The position numbers and the translations under genes are program-made. Under the pieces are notes generated by a model. The model saw only the letters and a list, made by a program, of their open reading frames with translations, was not told where the DNA came from and ran no database searches. DNA of 64,000 bases from an uncultured Gammaproteobacteria bacterium (GTDB lineage: Bacteria; Patescibacteriota; Microgenomatia; UBA10105; UBA927): assembly GCA_964527425.1 (NCBI GenBank), contig CAZGOA010000004.1:35691-99690 (forward strand), given 5' to 3'. Below are positions 8,349 through 17,054 of this stretch, piece by piece. The first letter of the stretch is position 1. The number at the start of each line of letters is the position of its first letter.

Positions 8349-10285
8349 AAGTAACAGATATAGTTAAAAAGTTTCTGAATCCAATGCCTGAAAACACACC
8401 CGTTAAACACACGACGTCTGGCCCGCTTCTTGTTCGTGATATTATTGCCCCACCGGCGATAGAAGTTGATTTTGACTATATTAAAATTGGAGAATATTAT
8501 TTTCGAACGCTTTTTGTTGCTGGATATCCACGTTTTGTTTCTGCAAATTGGCTAGAGCCGATTATCAGCTTTGATCACACGCTTGATATTTCAATGTTTA
8601 TATATCCCAGCAGATCTGAAGAAATTTTAAGCAATCTAAAACGAAAAGTCGGAGAGATGGAGGCGACCATTCAATCAGATCTTAAACGAGGAAGGGTTAT
8701 TGAACCATCCGTTCAAATAGCACTCGAAGATGCACTCACACTGCAACAGGAGTTGGCCAAGGGAGCAGAACGCTTTTTTCAATTTGGTTTGTATATAACC
8801 ATTCCCGCTAAATCAAAAGAGGATCTTGATAAAACAACAAAACAGGTAGAATCAACGCTTGGATCTTTATTAATTATTGCCAAACGCGCCATTTTACAGA
8901 TGGAAGAAGCGTTTAAGACAACACTTCCTATGGGTCAGGACAGACTGGTTGTTACAAGAAACATGGACACAACCTCACTTGCCACCACATTTCCTTTTAC
9001 AACCTCTGAGCTGACAGCAAACGAGGGGATTTTATATGGCATCAATGAACATAATGACAGTTTGGTAATTTTTGACCGTTTTAGCTTAGAAAACGCAAAC
9101 ACCCTGGTGTTTGGAAAGTCTGGATCAGGAAAAAGCTACACAGTAAAACTAGAAATTATTCGAAGCCTCATGTTTGATACTGAAGTGATTGTTATTGATC
9201 CTGAAAACGAATATGAGTCTTTGACGCATACGCTTGGCGGAGAATATATACGATTTAGTTTTGATAGTCCCACTAAAATTAATCCATTTGATTTAGCCTT
9301 ATTAAAAAATAGCGAAGAAAGTGAACTGAATCAAAAAATATTATCTTTACACGGCTTTTTTAAAGTAGTTATGGGAGAACTTAACCCATCAGAAGACGCT
9401 CTTTTAGATCAAGCTCTTATTCTTACATATAAACTACGCGGTATTACTCCAGATCCCTCAACACAATCACAAGAACCGCCTCTTATGGAAGATCTCTATA
9501 AAGTATTAATTGGCATGGAAAACACCATGGCAAAGAGCTTGGCAGACAGAATTGAAAAGTTTGTAAAGGGCAGCTTGGTGGGAATATTTGATAAACAAAC
9601 TAACATTGAAATACGAAACCACCTGACCGTTTTTTCGATAAGGGATCTTGAGGATTCTCTGCGTCCAATTGCTATGTATCTTATTTTGGATTACATTTGG
9701 ACTCGGGTTAAGCGTGAGAAAAAACGACGAATTCTTATCGTAGATGAGGCTTGGTATATGATGAGGTTTCCTGATTCTGCAGAATTTCTCAACTCAATAG
9801 CAAAAAGAGCTCGAAAGTACTATTTAGGAGTAACAACAATTACTCAGGATGTAGAAGATTTTCTTTCTGTTGATTTGGGTAAAACGATTATTTCTAATAG
9901 TAGTTTGCAGTTTCTCATGAAGCAATCACCTTCCGCTGTAGATAAGGTCGCAGAAGTGTTTAATTTATCTGAGGGAGAAAAACATTTGTTAATGGCTGCC
10001 GACGTTGGCGAGGGGTTGTTGTTTGCGGGCCCTGCACATGCTGCAATACGTGTTATCGCCTCTCCTGAGGAACATGCGCTTGCAACCACAAAGCCTCAAG
10101 AATTAGAGCAGAGAGCCAAAGAAGAAGAAAGAAAAGAACAAAACAGTAAACCCCCTGTGTCTCCTACCCCACCTTCTGCCCCACCATCTCCTTCAAATAC
10201 AACAACTGTTGTAGATGTGTCTCCATCTCAACAGCAAAACAGACCAGTTTTTACTACAGAAACAGTAAATATAAATTCCACATAA
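8345..10285 (+). CDS. VirB4-like type IV secretion ATPase, ATPase portion (646 aa)
   Basis: Walker A VFGKSGSGKSYT and a Walker B region ILIVDEAWYMM, which is the VirB4/TrsE/PrgJ-like architecture. The C-terminal tail is Pro/Ser-rich. Confidence 0.75.
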   Translation: MKVTDIVKKFLNPMPENTPVKHTTSGPLLVRDIIAPPAIEVDFDYIKIGEYYFRTLFVAGYPRFVSANWLEPIISFDHTLDISMFIYPSRSEEILSNLKRKVGEMEATIQSDLKRGRVIEPSVQIALEDALTLQQELAKGAERFFQFGLYITIPAKSKEDLDKTTKQVESTLGSLLIIAKRAILQMEEAFKTTLPMGQDRLVVTRNMDTTSLATTFPFTTSELTANEGILYGINEHNDSLVIFDRFSLENANTLVFGKSGSGKSYTVKLEIIRSLMFDTEVIVIDPENEYESLTHTLGGEYIRFSFDSPTKINPFDLALLKNSEESELNQKILSLHGFFKVVMGELNPSEDALLDQALILTYKLRGITPDPSTQSQEPPLMEDLYKVLIGMENTMAKSLADRIEKFVKGSLVGIFDKQTNIEIRNHLTVFSIRDLEDSLRPIAMYLILDYIWTRVKREKKRRILIVDEAWYMMRFPDSAEFLNSIAKRARKYYLGVTTITQDVEDFLSVDLGKTIISNSSLQFLMKQSPSAVDKVAEVFNLSEGEKHLLMAADVGEGLLFAGPAHAAIRVIASPEEHALATTKPQELEQRAKEEERKEQNSKPPVSPTPPSAPPSPSNTTTVVDVSPSQQQNRPVFTTETVNINST

Positions 10286-10289
10286 CCCA

Positions 10290-12635
10290 ATGGCTTTTTC
10301 TTTACAACAACTACAACGATATCAAAATGTTTTAGAATCTCCTCTCGAAGGAGGCCTATCACCAGATCCTTATTTATTTATAGAATCTATCGCCTATCTT
10401 TCTAAGTTTCATGAAGGGAGAGCGGCCATTAACATTCTTCCACGAGAAAAACGTCAACTCATAGAAACTAAACTCTTAAAAGAGGTTCCCCTGGAACAAG
10501 ATGAAATTTCGATGTTTTATGAGCTGCAAAAAGCGCTTCTTGATAATTTAACTGTTATTAAAACACTGTTGGAAGACGGGATTGATCCAGAAATAAAACA
10601 GCAAGCCGATATTTCAAGAAATACCGTAGAGGCTATAAACAGTGTTTCAACAGACAAAGAACAAACCAGACAACAATGGAAGCAAACCAAAGAAGCGATA
10701 ATAAAAGATTGGATAAGATTTTCCAGAGCTGATATTTCAGATAGTCAAAGGCAGGAACTTGAGCGAACGCTTAATAAGCTTAACCAGTTTACGTCCTCAC
10801 GAGAAGTGTTTTCTTTTTTAGACACAGAATCAGAACGCATAACAGCTCATTCACCAGCGAATTATTTAAACAACCGCTCCAGTGTTCCAGTTCAAGAGTA
10901 TCGGGAAGCAGAAGAAGCCATTACTTACGCTAATAATCGGATAGCCTTGCTTTCCGCTATGACAGATACAGTAGAATTTTCTTCTCGGGATGTGCCCCTT
11001 GTTGATCCTCACCTTCCTGCTGGAAAATCATCTTATCCGGACATGCGTCTCTATTTAAAAGCACAAGCGGTGTTACATAAAGACCCGAGGTTAAAACAGC
11101 TTAACAAAGAGAGAGAACAGATGGCTTTGTTAGCAGTAAACGCCGCAGCTCTTTCTCAAAGCCAGCTCCCTGAATCATTAACAAGAAATGATCCGGAAAT
11201 TGCTGAACAGACACTGCGAGCGGTGCTTGAACAGAAGTTTGGTGTTCTAAATGATAATCGCCTTACTCAGCTCATTGGCGACACCAGCAATCCAGAGACT
11301 GTTCAAAAAACATTAAGGGCAGTATTGTTTATTGATGCTGCTGTAACAGCGCAAGAAAATAAAACAACAAAACTGGCAAGACTTTTTTTTGAATCAACAG
11401 CCTTTGATCAATTTCAGCAATTCATTAAAAAACAGGCTCAAGAGAACAACAGTGCGTCTCTGTTGGGAATCACACAGGAACTGTTTTCAAGTTTAACAAC
11501 CGCTGCTCAAAATCCAGAAACCAATACGTTTTTACCGTATATTATGGGAATATACCTATCAGAAGGAACTGGAAAACCCAAAAGCCTGTTGGAACAACTA
11601 CTTAATAAAGGACAGCAAGCTGGAGATAACCAACTACTATTACTAGAAGGAGCAAAAGAATTCGTTTTCGCTTCACTAAACGATTCAAACAACAAAACCA
11701 TCTACATACCTCATCAGTTCCTACTCTCTTCTCTTTTGTCACAACAAAACCTTTTTTTCCGTGTTGCTAATCGGTTTTTTTCCTTTGGTAATTATATTAC
11801 CCCAGATAATTCAACTAAACGAGAACTAAGATCAGTGGGTGTTCAGACACGAAATGTATTGCTAGATGGATTAAGTGTTGCTGGACGTTCCTTCCCGAAG
11901 CCTTTTTCCTTGGTTTCTCGCGCTTTGGGCAGTCTATTTTCTCCTTCTCCGGGCAGGATGGCAGTAAATGCAGCTGCCTTTTTTGTAAAGAAAAACCCTG
12001 TGTTTTGGATTGTGACAGGTGTAATTATTGTGCTAATTACACTAATTATACTTCCTCAACTCTCTTCTCTGGATTCTCTACAAAGAAACATGATGGGTGA
12101 GTCTATTCAAACGGGAGGCGGCGGCGGAACAAATTACAGTAGTTTTGTTTGCGAAGCAGACGATCCTTCTTGTCAGCCTTGTGATCCAGCAACAGAAAGC
12201 TGCAGTTGGCCTGTAAACAACGGGTGTATAACCAATGGACCTGGTCCACAACACAAGACTAGTCCAGGCGGGGCAGCGATAGATATTAACGCACGTTTTG
12301 GTACAGGTGTGACTGCAACACATGATGGCGTGGTAGTTGGATTTAAATTTACAGACCCGGAAAACAAGTTTTCTTCAACGCCAGACTATGGAAACTACGT
12401 CAAGATCCGTGGTGTTCGTGCAGGAAAAACCTTCTATACAATTTATTCTCATCTTCGTCCTGTTGATCCTATTGGCATGTTTAATGGTTTACCTGTCAAA
12501 TCTGGTGAAGTTATTGGTTTTGTAGACAATACCGGATATTCTTTTGGAACACATTTACATTATGAGGTTATTGGACTTCCTCTTGAAGCGTTGTTCCCTT
12601 TTCCAACGACTCGGGGAACATGTGTGAACCGCTAG
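10290..12635 (+). CDS. Large membrane protein with a C-terminal M23 (LytM-type) metallopeptidase domain; a putative cell-wall hydrolase associated with the T4SS-like block
   Basis: M23 motifs GGAAIDINA...GNYVKI...YSHL...GEVIGFVDNTGYSFGTHLHYEV. There is a single membrane-spanning helix (VFWIVTGVIIVLITLIILP) after about 570 aa of helical N-terminal domain, followed by a cysteine-rich segment CEADDPSCQPCDPATESCSWPVNNGC. Confidence 0.7.
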   Translation: MAFSLQQLQRYQNVLESPLEGGLSPDPYLFIESIAYLSKFHEGRAAINILPREKRQLIETKLLKEVPLEQDEISMFYELQKALLDNLTVIKTLLEDGIDPEIKQQADISRNTVEAINSVSTDKEQTRQQWKQTKEAIIKDWIRFSRADISDSQRQELERTLNKLNQFTSSREVFSFLDTESERITAHSPANYLNNRSSVPVQEYREAEEAITYANNRIALLSAMTDTVEFSSRDVPLVDPHLPAGKSSYPDMRLYLKAQAVLHKDPRLKQLNKEREQMALLAVNAAALSQSQLPESLTRNDPEIAEQTLRAVLEQKFGVLNDNRLTQLIGDTSNPETVQKTLRAVLFIDAAVTAQENKTTKLARLFFESTAFDQFQQFIKKQAQENNSASLLGITQELFSSLTTAAQNPETNTFLPYIMGIYLSEGTGKPKSLLEQLLNKGQQAGDNQLLLLEGAKEFVFASLNDSNNKTIYIPHQFLLSSLLSQQNLFFRVANRFFSFGNYITPDNSTKRELRSVGVQTRNVLLDGLSVAGRSFPKPFSLVSRALGSLFSPSPGRMAVNAAAFFVKKNPVFWIVTGVIIVLITLIILPQLSSLDSLQRNMMGESIQTGGGGGTNYSSFVCEADDPSCQPCDPATESCSWPVNNGCITNGPGPQHKTSPGGAAIDINARFGTGVTATHDGVVVGFKFTDPENKFSSTPDYGNYVKIRGVRAGKTFYTIYSHLRPVDPIGMFNGLPVKSGEVIGFVDNTGYSFGTHLHYEVIGLPLEALFPFPTTRGTCVNR

Positions 12636-12656
12636 TGTTGGTGATACAATATTTTT

Positions 12657-13595
12657 ATGAAGCATGGCAAAAAAGTTCTGTTTGTTGCAGTAATACTAGT
12701 TGTTGGTATTGCTGCGTTTGTGTACACAAGAACACAACAAACCGCGTCTCCCCAGCAACTACCAGTCGTTTCTGACACCCAAAGCCTGGGTGTTTCTCCT
12801 AATTATTCAGACATATCACTCTCTCCTGTGTTTGTTTTGCCACAGAATGTAAACGTACCAGAATCTCTCCCGGAATATGCAGTAACATATGATATAAACG
12901 TGACTGGTTCTCTCCAGGAATTAGCAGATTTATTATTAATAAACACTCCTTCTAGAGAAAATTATGGTCTCGTTGAATGGAATAGCGAAGATTTTTTTCT
13001 TTCCTACAATACTCGTGACCAATCCGTTGCAATTACTCGTTTAAATCCTTCTTCTGATTTATTACAAAACCAAACCGAGCTGTTTGATGTGCTTAGACGC
13101 TCTGGGTTTCTTTCTTCAAATATTACGTTTAAAGAAGTATTAAACACTACTCTCAAAGGTGTTGATGGTGGAATTGGACCGCTGGCGGTTCAACAGTTTT
13201 CCGCGCATATTGACGCTTATCCTCTTTTTTTCTCTCTCGCTGATTCTGTATGGTTGTCTCTTAGAAAAACTCCTCAAGGGGCTGTGGACACTGTTTCTTT
13301 TACTATCCCCCCAAATCAGGCGACGAAAGAACAAACAAAAAAAACATTTTCTCTACCTCAGATATTAGAACTTTTAAACTCTGGTAAAGGAACACTGTTT
13401 TCTGCAGATTTTCAGGTAAATAAAGAATTTGGCACAATACCTAATTTTACAACAGTAACCGTTTCCTCCCTCTCTGTTGCGTATCTTCTTTCCGCAAATA
13501 ATACTCTGGCAAAACCGGTATTCGTGTTGCAAGGAATAGGCACGGGTTCAGGTAGAGCACAAGAGGTTATCTATCTCCTTCCTGCAACAAATTAG
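12657..13595 (+). CDS. Hypothetical secreted or membrane-anchored protein (N-terminal membrane-spanning helix or signal anchor)
   Basis: N-terminal KKVLFVAVILVVGIAAFVY. It is co-directional with the T4SS-like genes and directly follows them. The function is not recognisable; a VirB8-like role is speculation. Confidence 0.4.
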   Translation: MKHGKKVLFVAVILVVGIAAFVYTRTQQTASPQQLPVVSDTQSLGVSPNYSDISLSPVFVLPQNVNVPESLPEYAVTYDINVTGSLQELADLLLINTPSRENYGLVEWNSEDFFLSYNTRDQSVAITRLNPSSDLLQNQTELFDVLRRSGFLSSNITFKEVLNTTLKGVDGGIGPLAVQQFSAHIDAYPLFFSLADSVWLSLRKTPQGAVDTVSFTIPPNQATKEQTKKTFSLPQILELLNSGKGTLFSADFQVNKEFGTIPNFTTVTVSSLSVAYLLSANNTLAKPVFVLQGIGTGSGRAQEVIYLLPATN

Positions 13596-14701
13596 CCCTG
13601 GATTCTAACCGGCATGATTATGTGCAAAAAGTCTTCTCTTTTGGGTATTCTAAACACCACCGGACTAAGCGCTCCTGAAAGCCGAATGATTAATTGATCA
13701 GACTTTACATTCGATAAAAACTCTATGAGAAACCTGCTGTTTAAGGCAACGGTAGCATCTTCCCCTTCTACTTCTGCCTCTAGCTCTACTTTGTTTTCTC
13801 CTATTTGTGGCGTATTAGCGCTTACTTCTAGCGTTCCTGGAGAAATTGAAAAACGAAGAACCCCTGCACTGTCTCTTGCAAAAATACTTGCAGACTTAAC
13901 TGCTCGCGTTAACTCTTCGGTGTCTATGGTTACTGCTGTCTCATGAACAGAAGGAATGATTTTTTTATAATTAGGATAGTCTCCCTCTATTCTTCTGGTT
14001 GAAAGTTGTGTGTCTCCAAATGTAAAAGTTAATTGTCCATCTATTGATTCTGTAATGCGTATGCGTTCTGCTTCTTTTTCATCATTTCCTTGTTTAATTA
14101 CCTCTGTTACAGCTCTTGCTGGAATCACTATTGGTTGTGAAGAAACCTTGTCTTTCCCCTTTAAAGAAGCCATAGACATTCTATAGCCATCGGTTGAAAC
14201 GACGGTCGTTCCTTCTTCTGTTGGCTCCATTCTAACCCCCGTCAACAACGGTCTTGCTTCGTCTGTTGCAGCAGAAAACGAAACTAAGGAAAGAGAAGTT
14301 AATAGTTCTTCTTTTACCAGGTCTGTTCCTGTATTGCTAGTAACTTCTGGTGTTGGTGGAAACTCTGCTGCTACAAAGCTGGGTATTTTTGCTTTACTTC
14401 TGTTACTTTCGATTACTATCGTTTCTTTTTCTACCACTACAGAAACTGTTCCCCTAGAAAGAGAGGATAAAAATTCCTGAACTATTTTGGCCGGTAGACA
14501 ACAACGTCCTTCTTTTTCTATTTTTCCCGGTAATGCAGTTTTGATGGTTGTTTCAAGATTTGTTGCGGTTATTGAAATTGCACCATTTTCTGCTATGAGC
14601 AAACAATAACTCAGTATTGGCAGTTGAGGTTTTGTCTGTATAATTCTCGTTACTTTATTCATTGCTTTTATAAAGTGTTCCTGAAGACAAGTAATGTTCA
14701 T
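13592..14701 (-). CDS. dnaN: DNA polymerase III beta subunit (sliding clamp)
   Basis: The N-terminus MNITCLQEHFIKAMNKVTRII...LIAENGAISITATNLETTIKT is typical of beta clamps. The gene lies immediately downstream of dnaA. Confidence 0.85.
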   Translation of the reverse strand: MNITCLQEHFIKAMNKVTRIIQTKPQLPILSYCLLIAENGAISITATNLETTIKTALPGKIEKEGRCCLPAKIVQEFLSSLSRGTVSVVVEKETIVIESNRSKAKIPSFVAAEFPPTPEVTSNTGTDLVKEELLTSLSLVSFSAATDEARPLLTGVRMEPTEEGTTVVSTDGYRMSMASLKGKDKVSSQPIVIPARAVTEVIKQGNDEKEAERIRITESIDGQLTFTFGDTQLSTRRIEGDYPNYKKIIPSVHETAVTIDTEELTRAVKSASIFARDSAGVLRFSISPGTLEVSANTPQIGENKVELEAEVEGEDATVALNSRFLIEFLSNVKSDQLIIRLSGALSPVVFRIPKREDFLHIIMPVRIQG

Positions 14702-14891
14702 GCGTTCCTTTCTTAATTAAATTAAATAGTAATAGTATATAGAAATGGTCGTGGAAAAGTGTATATCTTTTTGATTTGTTTATCAAATCAACAAAATTCC
14801 TCTTTTCTTTTTTGGATATTTCGGTTTTTTCTGTTGATAAAGACGTGGATAAATCAGGTCTCCTTGTTGATATGTGGAAAAACAAAAAAAT
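14702..14891. promoter_or_regulatory. Candidate oriC segment: AT-rich dnaA-dnaN intergenic region with a cluster of DnaA-box-like 9-mers
   Basis: TGTTGATAA (14832-14840), cGTGGATAA (14844-14852), TGTGGAAAA (14873-14881), cGTGGAAAA (about 14750) and TTTGGATAT (about 14812). An AT-rich stretch at 14711-14750 is a possible DNA unwinding element. Confidence 0.55.
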
Positions 14892-16316
14892 CTACGTGAA
14901 TAACTGAGACCTTATCCCCACAAGAGCGTCTTTCATTTGTTGATTTGTTAACAACTCCTTTTCGATTGTTTCAATACCATGAAGGACTGTTGAATGATCC
15001 CTTCCTCCCAAAAGCCCACCGATATCATCAAGCGTTACTTTTAGCTCTTTGTAGCAAAGGTACATAATCAATTGACGTGGGCGGGCGATTGGTCTATCTC
15101 TTTTGGGTCCCTTAAGGTGCATTGGTTTAATTTCAAAATACGCAGAAACAGCCTCCAAAATGTCTAGAGGAGTTACGCGTTTAGAAAATGACTGTTTAGA
15201 AGAAACAGCCTGTGGTTGAGGACTTTCTGGGTCTATGTTTAACATCCTTCCTACTGTTTCCGGAGAAATTTCAATTTTTTTGATCGCAACCTCATTTAAT
15301 AGTTTTCGTAAAAATCCTTCTAACGCACGCGTGTCTGTGTGGGCAGAAGCTATTAGTTGAGCAACCTGGCTTGAAACAGGTATGTTTAATGCCTGTGCTT
15401 TTATGTTTACGATAGCAACTCGCAGCTCAAAATCTGGTGCTGCTACATCGACGGTTAAACCACCCTCAAAACGAGACCTGAGCCTGTCTTCAAGTTTTGC
15501 TATTTCTGAAGGGGGTCTATCGCTTGTAAGGATAATTTGCCCTCCTTCTCTGTGCACCGCATTAAACGTATGGAAAAACTCTTCTTGAGCAGTTTGTTTG
15601 CCAGCAATAAATTGAACATCATCTATAAGAAGAAGCTCTGCCGAGCGATAGCGCTGCTTAAGCTGAAGGCCCGTTTTTTTTTGTATTGCCTCAACTATCT
15701 GGTTTAGAAACTCTTCACCCATAGCGTAGACAATTTTTATATGTGGTCTTTTTTTTAGCACTTCATTTGCTACTGCATGCATAAGGTGTGTTTTTCCCAC
15801 ACCAACACCACCATATAAAAACAACGGGTTGTATGCTGTTCCTGGAGAACGTGCCACCGCTGTTGCAGCAGCGTGTGCCAGTTGATTGCTGGGAGACACA
15901 GCGAACGATTCAAATGTTGCATCTGGTCGAATATGCAGTTTTTTTGCTATGGAAGCAACATCTTGAGAAGAACGAACCACCTGTTCTGCAAACAACGGGC
16001 CAGCTAATTCTGGTTTTAAATCAGATTTTTTTACCAAAGAAGTAAACACGAGACTTGTGTTTTCTTTTGTTAGTTGGTCTAGAATTCCCTTTATCAGTGA
16101 ATAGTACCGTGATTCTACCGTAAGCCGCATCCCTGGATTTATGGCTATAGTGGCTACTCCCTGATGAAAGCTTTGGAGTTCTGATTTTGCGAACGCTGTT
16201 TTATAAATTGCCTCAGAAACACTCATTTCCAACTCTGATTGTACTGATTTCCAAAGTTTGACTGTATCCATAGAAGAAACCACAAGGGGCAAACACAAGT
16301 GGGTAAAAGTATCCAC
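14892..16316 (-). CDS. dnaA: Chromosomal replication initiator protein DnaA
   Basis: AAA+ Walker A GGVGVGKTHL and the C-terminal DNA-binding helix-turn-helix region (LKVTLDDIGGLLGGRDHSTVLHGIE). Confidence 0.9.
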   Translation of the reverse strand: MDTFTHLCLPLVVSSMDTVKLWKSVQSELEMSVSEAIYKTAFAKSELQSFHQGVATIAINPGMRLTVESRYYSLIKGILDQLTKENTSLVFTSLVKKSDLKPELAGPLFAEQVVRSSQDVASIAKKLHIRPDATFESFAVSPSNQLAHAAATAVARSPGTAYNPLFLYGGVGVGKTHLMHAVANEVLKKRPHIKIVYAMGEEFLNQIVEAIQKKTGLQLKQRYRSAELLLIDDVQFIAGKQTAQEEFFHTFNAVHREGGQIILTSDRPPSEIAKLEDRLRSRFEGGLTVDVAAPDFELRVAIVNIKAQALNIPVSSQVAQLIASAHTDTRALEGFLRKLLNEVAIKKIEISPETVGRMLNIDPESPQPQAVSSKQSFSKRVTPLDILEAVSAYFEIKPMHLKGPKRDRPIARPRQLIMYLCYKELKVTLDDIGGLLGGRDHSTVLHGIETIEKELLTNQQMKDALVGIRSQLFT

Positions 16317-16383
16317 ATCTTATGAAGAATTATCCACACTCGCAAGAGGCAGATTTAAGGTTTTTTGAAAACTTATCCACTGT
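16308..16383. promoter_or_regulatory. Three DnaA boxes upstream of dnaA (second oriC module, or an autoregulatory site)
   Basis: TATCCACA at 16311-16318, a perfect TTATCCACA at 16330-16338 and TTATCCACT at 16373-16381, all in the same orientation. Confidence 0.6.
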
Positions 16384-16388
16384 CTTTT

Positions 16389-17054
16389 TTATTCTTGTTT
16401 GGATTCTTCAGAAGAAGCCGCTTCTGTTGTGGGTGTCTCTTCTGTCTCCTCTTTTGCTTCTGATTCTGCAGCTTCTGTTGCAACTGGCTCTTCTTCTACA
16501 ACAATTGCGCCGATTTTTACAACAGTTTCTTCAGCGTCTGATAAAACGGTTACCCCTTCTGGGACAACGAGGTCTTTCACCGTTTTTTCACTGTCAACCA
16601 CAGCCAGAGCATCAATGTTGATAACTAAAGATTCTGGAATTTCTGAAGGAAGGGCTTCAATTTCTATTTCTTGCAGGACCTGAATAAGGGTACCTAAGCC
16701 CTCTTTAACAGCAGGCGCTTCTCCTTCTATCGTGATCGGGATCATGGTTTTCATTTTTTCCTTTAAGTTTACCTTCAACAATTCAACATGTAACACTTCT
16801 TTTGTAACGGGATGTTGTTGGACGACATGAATTAAAACCGGATGTTTGGATCCATCAATGAGCAAATCAACCAGGTGTGTTTGCCCAGCTTCTTCATATG
16901 CTTTTTTGAAATTTACTGTTGGAATTTCGATTGATATACTTTCAAACCCTTTTCCATAAACAGATGCAGGAAGTTTACCCTCTTTGCGAAGGTGTTTTAC
17001 CTTGTGTCCAAGGGTTTTTCTTTTTTCTGCTTGTAATGAAATTGTTTTATTCAT
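16389..17054 (-). CDS. rplY: 50S ribosomal protein L25 / general stress protein Ctc
   Basis: KRKTLGHKVKHLRKEGKLPASVYGKG...FKKAYEEAGQTHLVDLLIDG, which is the L25 fold, with an acidic C-terminal tail. Confidence 0.8.
   Translation of the reverse strand: MNKTISLQAEKRKTLGHKVKHLRKEGKLPASVYGKGFESISIEIPTVNFKKAYEEAGQTHLVDLLIDGSKHPVLIHVVQQHPVTKEVLHVELLKVNLKEKMKTMIPITIEGEAPAVKEGLGTLIQVLQEIEIEALPSEIPESLVINIDALAVVDSEKTVKDLVVPEGVTVLSDAEETVVKIGAIVVEEEPVATEAAESEAKEETEETPTTEAASSEESKQE

Noticed and set aside
16322-16683. Two plus-strand ORFs (99 and 94 aa) overlapping rplY
   Set aside because: They are antisense shadows of the well-supported L25 gene, and they are Leu/Ser-rich and low in complexity.
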